Below, piece after piece: positions 1 through 10,181 of a DNA stretch of 64,000 nt (within the stretch, counting starts at the first letter, position 1; each line of letters begins with the position of its first letter). The notes beneath the pieces were generated by a model, which saw nothing but the letters and a program-made list of their open reading frames with translations, searched no databases and was not told the origin of the DNA. Origin of the DNA: a virus (Duplodnaviria; Caudoviricetes); IMG/VR virus record IMGVR_UViG_3300037851_000284, positions 128,001-192,000 of that record, one strand, 5' to 3'. The translations under genes and the position numbers were made by a program.

Positions 1-2033
1 TTAACACCAAACCAATCTTTTGCTTCCTCTATGGACGCTAAAGCATTAACAACAACAAAATCTTCATCTAAATATTTGTCGTTAGCATTAGGGTTGGTTT
101 TTGTATATTTATTACTTGATATAAACGCTTCGAGTATTTCTCTTTTCACAGAAACTATTCCTAAAGAAAGACTTCTATTCTCTTGAGTTAATACGGATTT
201 TGGAGATAGTACATATAAATTAACAGTTTTATATAAATCGGAAGGATACCGTATAACATAATCAGAATAATGAGGGTCTGTTATATTATGTAAATATAAA
301 AGCCTAGAATTTAAAAATGATATTCTGGAATATACGCTTGATTTAAACTGACCATTTGTATAAATTCCCATCTCGCTGGTTGAAAATACATCTACTGGAA
401 AATCTAATAGAACAAAACATCCTCCAGACCAGTTGCAATAGTTTGAATAAGTACTCATATCATATGGATATATAGGTTCCTTCCTATATACTAAAGTATT
501 TTCTACTAAAGGAATATTTTTATTAGATACGTCTATATACCAATTACAGGTTGTTCCTGAAGGAGTTTCCTGTTTTGTTTTAATTGAAGCTGAAATCAGA
601 GCTCTATCATTAAGTTTATAATCATTGGAATAAAAAACTGCTTTATCATGAGTATATAGTTCTAGTTTTGGTTCTATAGACCACAAACCAATTTCAAATT
701 TGAATACATCTGAAAAATCTACTTTCACGATATTCGTTTCTGGTAATAGTAATTTTTCTATTCCAGTCAAAATATTTTCTATACTTGATGTAGATTCAAT
801 TAAATCCATAATCTTATCATATAACGACTTATTAGAACTATTGATTGGTTCGGTTAAAAACTCACCTATTGTATTTCCGAATTTCACTAACTCATATCTT
901 CTTTCACCCAAGTCAGTATTTATTTTTTCCTCGACTGATAAGGTAACAGAAGATTTAGAATTTAATAAAGAGTAATTTTCTTGATTAACAACTATCCTTA
1001 ACTTTTTTACTTTGACTCTTTCAATATTATAAAAAGAAACTACATCGAATCCTTCCCCTCTAACAGCATATTTTTTTGATTCGTACTGTTCTTCTTTTGA
1101 TAATAGAGGGTCTTCTGGTAAGAAATTTAGCGTTTTCCAACTTTCATCAACCCGTCCTTTATACAAAATAGCATCAATATTTAATGGTTTATCTCCAAAA
1201 ATATCAAAATCTATTCTATTAAATTCAACGATACTAGCATATTCAATATCTATTATTGAAGCCATTCCTTTGTAATTTCTATAAATGGGGGACTCAGCGG
1301 ACCCTATATTTATAATCATGGAAGGGACTTCATTTGTTATTATTTCTTCCTTCCACAAACCATTTTGCATCATATCTCTAGGACCATCAGTATAATTATC
1401 TTCAAAAGTGTTTAATATACTTGTAGTTTTAAAAACGCCACCGTTATCATTAGCTTCAGGATATGTTGTGGACTTTATAGATTTAATTTGATATGGTTTA
1501 TTTTGTGTCTCTGTTTTTATAGTATTCAAATATAAGTATCCGCTCTTTTTATCTACAATCGCGTCCCGAATAAAAGAAGAATTTATATCGGTGAAGAAAG
1601 ATTCCTGATATGATTCGTCGGATGGATTATAGTCATAAATATAAGTACGAATTAGATTAAGTTTATTCCATAAATCTCTTATTCTTTTCTTAACTGCTAG
1701 AAAATAATTTTTGTTTCTTTGTAGATTTAAATCCAATACTTTAGAAACTAAATTTAAGTCGGAATATAACGCATATAAATCAATATAAATTCCTTCAAAT
1801 AAGTCATTAAAATCTTTAGTTTTAATAATATCTTTCGATTTTACTATATATTTGTTAATATCTACTAATAAACCGCCAAGGGCCTGAAACTTATCCGTAT
1901 AAGATTTTATAACATTTCTTATAGCTTCTTCAGAGTTTAATAATTCCATGTTTGAATTATTACGTATATTTTGAGATATTAAACTATTCTGTATCTCTTT
2001 AATTTTACTCTGAAACCCAAAATTTTTATCCAT
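1..2033 (-). CDS. Large virion/baseplate-region protein, 3' end runs off the window (>677 aa)
   Basis: ATG at 2033 directly after the upstream stop (MDKNFGFQSKIKEIQNSL...). The frame was open at every spot I checked (about 1020, 540, 480) and at the window edge (...ASIEEAKDWFGV). It is missing from the ORF track because no stop lies in the window. Confidence 0.75.
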   Translation of the reverse strand, partial: MDKNFGFQSKIKEIQNSLISQNIRNNSNMELLNSEEAIRNVIKSYTDKFQALGGLLVDINKYIVKSKDIIKTKDFNDLFEGIYIDLYALYSDLNLVSKVLDLNLQRNKNYFLAVKKRIRDLWNKLNLIRTYIYDYNPSDESYQESFFTDINSSFIRDAIVDKKSGYLYLNTIKTETQNKPYQIKSIKSTTYPEANDNGGVFKTTSILNTFEDNYTDGPRDMMQNGLWKEEIITNEVPSMIINIGSAESPIYRNYKGMASIIDIEYASIVEFNRIDFDIFGDKPLNIDAILYKGRVDESWKTLNFLPEDPLLSKEEQYESKKYAVRGEGFDVVSFYNIERVKVKKLRIVVNQENYSLLNSKSSVTLSVEEKINTDLGERRYELVKFGNTIGEFLTEPINSSNKSLYDKIMDLIESTSSIENILTGIEKLLLPETNIVKVDFSDVFKFEIGLWSIEPKLELYTHDKAVFYSNDYKLNDRALISASIKTKQETPSGTTCNWYIDVSNKNIPLVENTLVYRKEPIYPYDMSTYSNYCNWSGGCFVLLDFPVDVFSTSEMGIYTNGQFKSSVYSRISFLNSRLLYLHNITDPHYSDYVIRYPSDLYKTVNLYVLSPKSVLTQENRSLSLGIVSVKREILEAFISSNKYTKTNPNANDKYLDEDFVVVNALASIEEAKDWFGV

Positions 2034-2034
2034 T

Positions 2035-3930
2035 TTAATGTCCTAAATCTAATATTGACCCAGAAATAACTCCAGAAATAACTGGCATTATTATATAATC
2101 AGTACCAGCAGATATATATCTCTTAATTACTTGATCTATATAATGTTTAAATTCGCGTTCGGCTATAAGTTCGGCGTCTTCTACATTAGTATAAGTTTTA
2201 AAATGGTCAATCCACTTTTGTTTTATGGAGGTAATAGTAGTATCTGGAAGATGAATAATTATTAGACTGCTTCCCGAAAGAGCCTTTCCGTCATAATTAC
2301 CTAAATCGGAATACCAATCCTTTTCATGATAATAGTTTCCGCTAAGATTGGTTCTAAACCAGTCTTCTAATTTATTATCAATTTCTAAGCTACCTATTCT
2401 CCTAGCATCTGTTAATTTTACTAAGTCTGGAGTTAGCTTATTAAGGTCTATCTCGCATATTCTAAAATAACTATCATCCATTGTTACAGATGAGGAACTT
2501 AATGACCCTACATCATATATACCACTAGCTGTATAAGGAGTTGAAATATTGTATATATAGGGAACTCCTCCGCTAGAATACGGAGCTAATGCTATTCCTA
2601 ATCCATCAGTATAATTATTTATATGAAAAGCAAATCCTCCACTAGTAGATATTTTAGGATTAAGTTCTAGATTCTCAAGCATAACGAATCCGCTATTATT
2701 TAAATAATACGATAACTCTATCTCGTCTGTGACATTAAACGTTGTATTAAATTCTATAAATCCTTTTTGGCGGTCTAAAGATTTTATTTTAATATCTTGT
2801 CTAGTTTTCCCGTTTATATCCACAGCAAAAGTTCCAGACGGAGAATATAATCCACTACTAGTTTTATCATATAAGTTTATTCTATAATTTGGATAGACAT
2901 ATTGTGATTCATCCACATCAATAGGAGTCTCTTTTACTTGTAATATATTTTTATTAACATAAGTCGGTTTAATATTGGTTATAGCAATATTAGAACTATT
3001 ATATATATTTTCTACGTTATATAAATATCCGCTATTTCCAGTATATAGACCGGATTTAGTACAAAATGCTCCTATATTTAAGCGTAATTTCCATTGCGCG
3101 TCTTTATCAGACATATAAGTATTCTGACTTTTAATAGTAATAATATCCAACGGATTAACTCTTTTTGAAGGGTCTTTAATAATATTAATAGGAGCACCCT
3201 TTGTATTTAATTTTCCTCCAGATAATACATTTAATCCAGAGGACGTAATTGAATAATCCGTGTCTGCTTTATAAATCGCTTTTAATTCGATTAATTCTTT
3301 TTGATACACATTAACGTTATTAACTATTTTATTATAATCAATTGTATAAAAATCTTTTTTGGATGAGAATTCGAATGGTAATAAAACCCTTATCCTGTGG
3401 ACAGTAGCAGATTTTATATTTTCCCAAGTAGTAGAAGAATATCTTAAGTTACCATCTTTCAATAGATTATAACTATACTGGATTTTATAATCGTTTTTAT
3501 TTACAACCGTTTCGTTATTCTTATATATATTTTTTATTGCTATTCCTGATATATCTGAATAAGCATCGAATAACAATTCATATTGATAAAATAAGTTTCC
3601 ATAATCAGTAACTAGATATTCTAGTTTATGATTATTTGTAGAAGAATAAGGATAATGGGTTATTGGATAATTTGTTCCGCTATAAGATAAGGTTTCCATT
3701 TTATGAAAATCCTGCGTATTTTCATAAATATCGTTTTCCCTTGATATTAAATTTACTATTTTGTTTGGGCTGAATCCTTCATATTCTATAGCAGCAATTG
3801 GACAATCTCCACCTTGATATGGTTGTTCAGTACATATTAATTGAGGATTGAATGCTTGAGTCCTAGATATATTTAAATAATAGCTTGGCTGACCTACACC
3901 AGATATATTTCCACTAATTAATAAATCCAT
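2035..3930 (-). CDS. Putative virion structural protein (631 aa)
   Basis: Long ORF coupled to its neighbours in the tail gene operon; no recognisable catalytic motif. Confidence 0.6.
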   Translation of the reverse strand: MDLLISGNISGVGQPSYYLNISRTQAFNPQLICTEQPYQGGDCPIAAIEYEGFSPNKIVNLISRENDIYENTQDFHKMETLSYSGTNYPITHYPYSSTNNHKLEYLVTDYGNLFYQYELLFDAYSDISGIAIKNIYKNNETVVNKNDYKIQYSYNLLKDGNLRYSSTTWENIKSATVHRIRVLLPFEFSSKKDFYTIDYNKIVNNVNVYQKELIELKAIYKADTDYSITSSGLNVLSGGKLNTKGAPINIIKDPSKRVNPLDIITIKSQNTYMSDKDAQWKLRLNIGAFCTKSGLYTGNSGYLYNVENIYNSSNIAITNIKPTYVNKNILQVKETPIDVDESQYVYPNYRINLYDKTSSGLYSPSGTFAVDINGKTRQDIKIKSLDRQKGFIEFNTTFNVTDEIELSYYLNNSGFVMLENLELNPKISTSGGFAFHINNYTDGLGIALAPYSSGGVPYIYNISTPYTASGIYDVGSLSSSSVTMDDSYFRICEIDLNKLTPDLVKLTDARRIGSLEIDNKLEDWFRTNLSGNYYHEKDWYSDLGNYDGKALSGSSLIIIHLPDTTITSIKQKWIDHFKTYTNVEDAELIAEREFKHYIDQVIKRYISAGTDYIIMPVISGVISGSILDLGH

Positions 3931-5039
3931 TGAGGTCCTCGTTTTCTAACAGAAATTTTATTATATTTATCAATTTCTTTAACTGCTTTTTTTGAATAAT
4001 CTATATTAGAATGGTATATAATATTTTTAAGAACAGGCTTATAGAATTTATTTTGTTCTTGAATAGATTGTGAAGAAAGAATATTATTTTCTGTTGTATA
4101 TAACGGACTTGGACTAAAATACGGAGGAGTCGTATTATTAGCAACAGGACAATATCCGGCGCCTATATCGATTCTAGGATTACCAAAGAGGTCAATGCTG
4201 TAACCAACATAAGGACTATTTCCGACCCGAGGAGGGGCGGTTACATTGACTAGAATAGTAGATAAGTTTAAAACGCTTGAACTTTGTTCTCCTTGAGACC
4301 ATAGGGTATATGGAGAATTATAACTTCTATTTTCTATCCATTCTCCAGACCATCCCCATTGATTAGAAGTATCAACGACTGTAGTACAAATAGAAGCCGT
4401 GTTGTCGTTGAATCCGCTATCTTCAATAGCACAATGGTCTAAAGTAATTATAAAATTTCCAGATAATTCATATGCAGAATAAGAAGTAAGGTTTGTTGTT
4501 TGTAATAAACTATCTTTAAATATTACTTGACTAGAACTCGTTGGTTCATCTGGAAAATTTATACAAATACAATCGTTACTACCATTAGAAAATATAGTAC
4601 ACCCTAAAATCGAGGACGTTTCGTTATCATTAATATAAATATCAACAAGACTTGTTTCGATGTAAGTTGTTTTAAAAGTTACATTCGATTCTACTTCTAA
4701 TCCTTGAACAATAAAAAGTAATCCTCCATCAATAATTGACCCAGAAGCAATTGAAATTACTGGTTGACGCCAATGTTCTGACGGATTTCCTTGATTATAA
4801 GTCATAATCCAAGGTTCGTCAACGCCATTTTCTTGATTTGTATGCCAAGGATGAATTTCTCCGCAAATAGTCAAATGAGCATGTTCTGCAGTATATAAGT
4901 GACTTCCAGTACCCTTAACATATAAAATATCAGAATGTGTAGTAATTACTTTATGCAACCATTCCTCTAATCCATAAGGATTACTAGTAGTTCCAGTTCC
5001 ACCAGAAGCCAAAGATAGATTATAATATAAATTTGCCAT
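3918..5039 (-). CDS. Putative beta-helix (pectin-lyase-like) tail appendage protein
   Basis: N-terminal YYNLSLASGGTGTTSNPY start, beta-strand-rich body, and a C-terminal DLFGNPRIDIGA motif typical of the ends of parallel beta-helix proteins. Confidence 0.5.
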   Translation of the reverse strand: MANLYYNLSLASGGTGTTSNPYGLEEWLHKVITTHSDILYVKGTGSHLYTAEHAHLTICGEIHPWHTNQENGVDEPWIMTYNQGNPSEHWRQPVISIASGSIIDGGLLFIVQGLEVESNVTFKTTYIETSLVDIYINDNETSSILGCTIFSNGSNDCICINFPDEPTSSSQVIFKDSLLQTTNLTSYSAYELSGNFIITLDHCAIEDSGFNDNTASICTTVVDTSNQWGWSGEWIENRSYNSPYTLWSQGEQSSSVLNLSTILVNVTAPPRVGNSPYVGYSIDLFGNPRIDIGAGYCPVANNTTPPYFSPSPLYTTENNILSSQSIQEQNKFYKPVLKNIIYHSNIDYSKKAVKEIDKYNKISVRKRGPQWIY

Positions 5040-5041
5040 AT

Positions 5042-5455
5042 TTAGTACTGATAATATCTTGGTGATAGCCTGATAGGGTTACCACTTGCTATAACTCCGG
5101 CCTTATCAGGAGGAAGCAATTCTGACCATAATACTCCACTATTTGTATTATTATATGATACAAAATAACTATATACGTTTGCCCAAGATCCAGAAGCGAC
5201 AGTAAAAGTAACTTCAGATCCAAATAAGTGAGGGTCTGTTCCAGAAACAACTACCCAGTTAGAACATAGTTTTCTAGAATATCCACTACACGTCGTACTA
5301 GATAACTCAGTTAATCCTGAAGGAGTCTGATAACTTCTGGTAGGAACGACGGTGTTAGTGGCAAGACCTACATATACTCCACCATTACCCTCTATCTTAG
5401 TTTGTATGGCGCTTAATAACCAATATTGACCGCTTGTTGAAATTATTCCATTCAT
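5042..5455 (-). CDS. Small tail-fibre base/adaptor-type protein (137 aa)
   Basis: ELS...GYSR...W...F.VASGSW pattern seen in small phage minor tail proteins; distant paralog of 56815..57246. Confidence 0.5.
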   Translation of the reverse strand: MNGIISTSGQYWLLSAIQTKIEGNGGVYVGLATNTVVPTRSYQTPSGLTELSSTTCSGYSRKLCSNWVVVSGTDPHLFGSEVTFTVASGSWANVYSYFVSYNNTNSGVLWSELLPPDKAGVIASGNPIRLSPRYYQY

Positions 5456-6067
5456 TTAAATAAGTCCATCTATTATCTTTAATTCATCTATTGCACAACT
5501 CATTGTAGAAAGTTGATCAATAATACTAAGATCTTTTCCGAGAGTTGTATCAAAGACTGCTTCTGGAGTAAATGTTTTTTCAACATCATCCATTAATATT
5601 ATAAATTTAGTTGCAGATTTATCATATTTAACAATAATATGATGCCAATCTGTGTCACTAATCACTGCATCACTATGATATTCAACCTCACCATTTGGAT
5701 CATATATCATAAAGTTTTGAGTAGATTTTACTAATTGTAATGACCAATAATAACCACCTGTTGTATCATAAAAATTAAGAATAGTTATATTATTCAATGC
5801 TTCGGAATCATAACTAATTTGTTTGTAATAAAAATCTGCCTCGAAATCTTGAGAAGTATTAAAAGATTCAATATTTTGATTTGTAATTCTCCAAGTATCT
5901 TGTATAGCTCATTCTTCAACAGTAACATAAAGACATCTACCGACATACCCATCGATATACGCCCACTCGTCCCCTTTATGAGTTACTATTAAGTTATTAG
6001 GTCCCGAATCTGTATCATTATCTTCAAACTTAAGAAATAATATAGTTCCACTACTTGTAGCAGATGT
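5456..6067 (-). pseudogene. Second LamG/concanavalin-A-like domain, in frame with 6068..7087 but behind a TAG and interrupted by a TGA
   Basis: After TAG (6070-6068) the frame reads TSATSSGTILFLKFEDNDTDSGPNNL...YIDGYVGRCLYVTVEE, then TGA (5911-5909), then AIQDTWRI... into ORF 5456..5797 (WHHIIVKYD...IDELKII). This is a complete LamG pattern with no ATG of its own. Confidence 0.7.
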
Positions 6068-7087
6068 CTAACCAGACCCAACTATATCGATTCTAGAAAT
6101 ATTAGACCAATAACCTGAATTGTCTACTGTTGCTAAAAGCTTGGCTTGACAACTATTTATAGCAGTTATTCTACTACAAGTATGATATAAATTTGCATAT
6201 CCAAACTTATTAGTATATCCTGTGTCGGCTACTTTCCAAGAACCACTATAATTCAAGTATAAAGATACTGGAATATTAGACAAATAAAGAGGTTGAGCAT
6301 TTATATTAGTATAAACCTCTGCTTTAAATTGCAGCTTATCATTAGTACCAGATTTATAAGGCGTAAGTCTTTGATTTTTAATGACTGGCACAACTTTATT
6401 AGTATTTTTAAGTATTATTCTTCTATCGGTAGAAGTTGTTGTTGGACCATCATCATTATCTACATTATCTACTGATATTACACTATCATAAATTCTTATT
6501 TCATCAATCAATCCAGCAAACTGAGAATACCACGCCGCGCCAAAACGCAATGTTACTAGATTATTAGCAATAAATCTTTGCGTAGTGGGGTCATTTAATA
6601 TTTCTACGCCGTCAAGATAAACGAAGGAATATCCATTATTATATGTCCATAATATTTCATGTAGGTCGCTGTCACCAATAGTCCTGGTGCAATTAACATT
6701 AACTCCTCCGACGTTTAAGGCAATAGCCGTTTCGTACGGACTGTCTATTTCACCAGCAAGACGAATACCCCAATCAGCAGCTATGCTAGATGTAACGCCG
6801 CCTTTTGCAACAGGAAAAAAGGCGTTTACGACATCCGTAGTCTCCACCTTAATCCAAAAACGAACGGAAAAGGATGCAGTAGGAGCAAAATTAAAAAGAG
6901 CATTATTTGCCACTACTAATGCGCCATAATCATTCTGTGCTAATTTGCTAAAATTAAGACGAAATGCTTGACCGACAGCCCCAGCAGCATAGGTAGGAGT
7001 CAGTGACCCCTCCCAGGTCGCATACAAGCCAGCCTTTGACTCATCTGGATTATTTTCGCCTTTCCACCACAGTATAGGAGCAGTCAT
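6068..7087 (-). CDS. LamG/ConA-like lectin domain plus C-terminal docking module (putative receptor-binding protein)
   Basis: LamG hallmarks FSVRFWIK, LHEILWTYNNG..VYLDG and GLIDEIRIYD. The C-terminal ~115 aa are homologous to the C-terminus of 8721..10181. Confidence 0.75.
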   Translation of the reverse strand: MTAPILWWKGENNPDESKAGLYATWEGSLTPTYAAGAVGQAFRLNFSKLAQNDYGALVVANNALFNFAPTASFSVRFWIKVETTDVVNAFFPVAKGGVTSSIAADWGIRLAGEIDSPYETAIALNVGGVNVNCTRTIGDSDLHEILWTYNNGYSFVYLDGVEILNDPTTQRFIANNLVTLRFGAAWYSQFAGLIDEIRIYDSVISVDNVDNDDGPTTTSTDRRIILKNTNKVVPVIKNQRLTPYKSGTNDKLQFKAEVYTNINAQPLYLSNIPVSLYLNYSGSWKVADTGYTNKFGYANLYHTCSRITAINSCQAKLLATVDNSGYWSNISRIDIVGSG

Positions 7088-7094
7088 TATGGCC

Positions 7095-7278
7095 TCATAT
7101 GTTTTCTACGGTAACGTATCCGATGTATTTATCTATATTAGTGATATTACTACAAGAGTAAGTTATACTGATAATTTCATCTCTATTAGTATAGATGTTT
7201 GCATATTTTACAAATTCGTTTGTATAGTTTAGGAGAAATATTTCTTTTTAGAGTATGTCTTCTATTGGCGGTAATGTT
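7095..7278 (-). pseudogene. Degenerate relic of the shared docking module
   Basis: In frame after the TAA of 7279..8721 it reads NITANRRHTLKRNISPKLY (cf. TVTDRRKTLKKNINPILS). After a deletion/frameshift it reads FVKYANIYTNRDEIISITYSCSNITNIDKYIGYVTVENI* (cf. FVKCADFWTDRRGVANISYSCADIKNINSCAGYVKVTV). Confidence 0.75.
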
Positions 7279-8721
7279 TTATTTACTTGTTTCGTTTTGA
7301 CTTCCATAAGTATCTTTTATATAATGAAAATCAAATTCTAGAAATGCTGCATCGCCGTCATAAGTATCATCGCTGTCAGTAGGCCGTCTATATAAACGAC
7401 ACATCAACATACTAGACATACCCGATCCTGCACCGCTTATATCTGGAAAGTCTGTATAAATATGTTTCCATTGGTTATCTTCTGTAGACCCAATTCCGCT
7501 AATAGTAGTCGGTCCGGTAAATATTCCATTTATATCAGTCCACGAATATTCTAGAAGCCATTTTACGTTTCCTGTTTCGTTTGTACTAGGAGACCAATGA
7601 ATGTGTGGATGTAATATAGAATTTAATTGATATGAGTGAGGGAGTTGGCACGAAAAGAATACTTGTTCCATAGTATTATTACCATCAAAGCCAAGACATT
7701 CAAGACCGCTTCCTACAAATGTTATTAGATCAGGAGCGTTACTACCTAATTTTACAGATAATCCTGGAATTCTGATATCGTCCCAAGACATTCCAGACCC
7801 ATAACTTGTATAGAATCCATTACTATCAAATTTCGAATAATTCGTAACTCCATCACCAAAAGTTCCAGAGACACTGGCTTTAAAACTTCCATTAATATCT
7901 ATCTGAGAACCACTCTGATATATTATAGAATTAATAAATCCAGACGCAGAATTATATACTGGAATATAACCAGACGTTCCAAGCCCATGATTATGATTAC
8001 CAGAGGCAATCTCTCCATGAGCATGAATAGTAAGATCGGAATGGGTTTGTATTACTCCACTTAATTGACCACTAGTATTAGTAATATAAGTGTTAAGCTG
8101 ACCAGACACATTAGCTGCATAAAGCCCAGTTGCATTGATTCGTGTATTCAGTTGCCCAGAAGAATCAGATATATAAGTATTTAGTGCTCCACTAGCCGCG
8201 TCTACATATAACTTGGTTGTTAAGTGAGTACTAACTGTAGGAGTTCCTCCGTGAACTACGCCAGTAAAAGAACCACTACCCGCAGCTACTAAATTACCGC
8301 TACCTGCAGTAACGTTAGTTCCTATAGATATTCCGCCAGTTTCAACGTATATTCTAGATAGGGGCGTGTAAACTCCCGTTCCGATTAAAATGTTGCCATT
8401 TCCGGATCCAAACCATTCAGGAAGAACACAACTTACTGCCCCAGACCCAAATATAACATTGAGTCCAATACCAAATATCTGATGTCTAGGCTGAGCCGAC
8501 ATCTTATTAATAGTTAGAGTCTTACCACTACCAGTAAATTTAGCATTATTAGCTATTGTAATTATATCTATGTTCTGCGGTATCGTTAAGTTACCAGTAA
8601 CAGTAACATCGGTTCCTATAAATAGTGATTTATAGGCAAATCCTTGAGTTGCAATCCAAGAATCAAACGAAGTCGAAGTACTCTCTACTTCTTTAGTCCA
8701 ATTATATGTTGTAATTGACAT
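7279..8721 (-). CDS. Tail fibre-like protein (480 aa)
   Basis: LPEWFG motif, HLTTKLYVD fibre motif, SGQLNT coiled-coil-like repeats, and a C-terminal globular domain (FDG...QVFF..QLPH...HIHW). Confidence 0.6.
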   Translation of the reverse strand: MSITTYNWTKEVESTSTSFDSWIATQGFAYKSLFIGTDVTVTGNLTIPQNIDIITIANNAKFTGSGKTLTINKMSAQPRHQIFGIGLNVIFGSGAVSCVLPEWFGSGNGNILIGTGVYTPLSRIYVETGGISIGTNVTAGSGNLVAAGSGSFTGVVHGGTPTVSTHLTTKLYVDAASGALNTYISDSSGQLNTRINATGLYAANVSGQLNTYITNTSGQLSGVIQTHSDLTIHAHGEIASGNHNHGLGTSGYIPVYNSASGFINSIIYQSGSQIDINGSFKASVSGTFGDGVTNYSKFDSNGFYTSYGSGMSWDDIRIPGLSVKLGSNAPDLITFVGSGLECLGFDGNNTMEQVFFSCQLPHSYQLNSILHPHIHWSPSTNETGNVKWLLEYSWTDINGIFTGPTTISGIGSTEDNQWKHIYTDFPDISGAGSGMSSMLMCRLYRRPTDSDDTYDGDAAFLEFDFHYIKDTYGSQNETSK

Positions 8722-10181
8722 TAACTTTCCTCACTATACATTAAAATATCTGAGTTATATAAAAATATCTGATCTTGATATACTACTATTTCTTGTACTG
8801 TTATATCAGTCATAGTAGTAAAATTAAATCTAACAAGATTTGATGTGTATGTTTGTGAATCTACGGTTACTTTAACATATCCTGCACAAGAATTTATATT
8901 TTTAATATCAGCACAAGAATAAGATATGTTTGCTACTCCGCGTCTGTCTGTCCAAAAATCAGCACATTTTACAAAAGAACCAGTATTATTCAAATAGAAT
9001 TCTCCAGATACATTAGATAGAGCACTTAAATTAGATTTGTTATTTAGAACTATTCTTGCTTGTATACTATCATGTGAATCTAATCTATACGAAGTAACCC
9101 TTTGGTTGCTTAAAATAGGATTAATATTCTTTTTTAGTGTTTTTCTTCTGTCTGTTACAGTATTAAGTGGTTCATGTGCTCCAATCGAAACTGTGCCAAG
9201 ACTGTTAGGTCGAGAATTTCCTTTATAATCAGTAGTATTCCATGCTGATATATCTGTTGTTCCAAGTTGATATAAAGAACTATTAGTTCCTATTTCACCA
9301 TAAGTTGATGATGTAGGATCTATTGATGTAAAATCAGAATTGGTTATTCCGTGAACATTATTATCACCTATAGTCAACGAATTATCAGAATCAGCACAAT
9401 TTTTAATTGTGTAATATTCTGGATAATTAACGCTAGGAAGATGCCAGTTTTCTTTATTATCAACTATTATGTTATCGTCACCACATATGACTACGTTTTT
9501 AAATGTACTCCAGAATGCCTGATAACTAAATGCTCCATATATACCAAACTCTACACCAAATCCGACAGGACTAAAAATGGTACAATTTTCCATAATTGTA
9601 ATTCTAACATCAGATGCTGGATAATATGGTCCTGTACCATCACCAAAAAATTCTATACCTTTAGCTCCATATTTATTGCCAGTGTGTGCCCGTAAATTAG
9701 TTATCTTCCACATTGATGAATTTAATCTATATAAACGAAGACAGGCATTTAATTTACCATTAGCATTAAGTAATAAATTATCAAGTTTCCATATTTGTGC
9801 TGTGGTTGCATTACTAACCCACCCACCGCTATATAATATAAGTAAACCATCGAAATTGCTTGCATTATCAGCAGCCTTAATTTTCAAGTTGCTCATCTCA
9901 ACATAACCTTTAGTCTTATTAACTGGATTATAATATAACGTGGCATTATTTAGAATTATTGCTACTGTGCTGGTAGTATTATATTTTGAAGGATTTAATA
10001 ATCTTAAAGTATGTTGATTTAAATATAATGACCTTGATATACATGCCGTATCATTATTAATATCAGATATTTGAACTAGATCATAATCGTCTTCAACCAC
10101 AGTCAAAGAGGTTAAATAATTAATAACTGATCCCCAATCAGTATAATCACCACCGGTTCCAATTTGTAATGTAGTACTCAT
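8721..10181 (-). CDS. Beta-helix tailspike-like protein with C-terminal docking module
   Basis: IGTGGDYTDW start, beta-helix-like body, D.KGNSRP....SIGA end motif, followed by the shared module. Confidence 0.6.
   Translation of the reverse strand: MSTTLQIGTGGDYTDWGSVINYLTSLTVVEDDYDLVQISDINNDTACISRSLYLNQHTLRLLNPSKYNTTSTVAIILNNATLYYNPVNKTKGYVEMSNLKIKAADNASNFDGLLILYSGGWVSNATTAQIWKLDNLLLNANGKLNACLRLYRLNSSMWKITNLRAHTGNKYGAKGIEFFGDGTGPYYPASDVRITIMENCTIFSPVGFGVEFGIYGAFSYQAFWSTFKNVVICGDDNIIVDNKENWHLPSVNYPEYYTIKNCADSDNSLTIGDNNVHGITNSDFTSIDPTSSTYGEIGTNSSLYQLGTTDISAWNTTDYKGNSRPNSLGTVSIGAHEPLNTVTDRRKTLKKNINPILSNQRVTSYRLDSHDSIQARIVLNNKSNLSALSNVSGEFYLNNTGSFVKCADFWTDRRGVANISYSCADIKNINSCAGYVKVTVDSQTYTSNLVRFNFTTMTDITVQEIVVYQDQIFLYNSDILMYSEES

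Noticed and set aside
5456-6070. Genome-wide stop-codon reassignment (TAG=Gln or TGA=Trp)
   Set aside because: TAG ends 12832..14943, 45536..46633 and 59128..60909, and TGA ends 58512..59120 in an ATGA overlap. The giant ORFs are intact under the standard code, so the in-frame stops are local.
7186-7194. Third CTATACTAA as a promoter
   Set aside because: It falls within codons (ATC TAT ACT AAT) of the docking-module relic and could be coincidental, so it is not listed as a feature.
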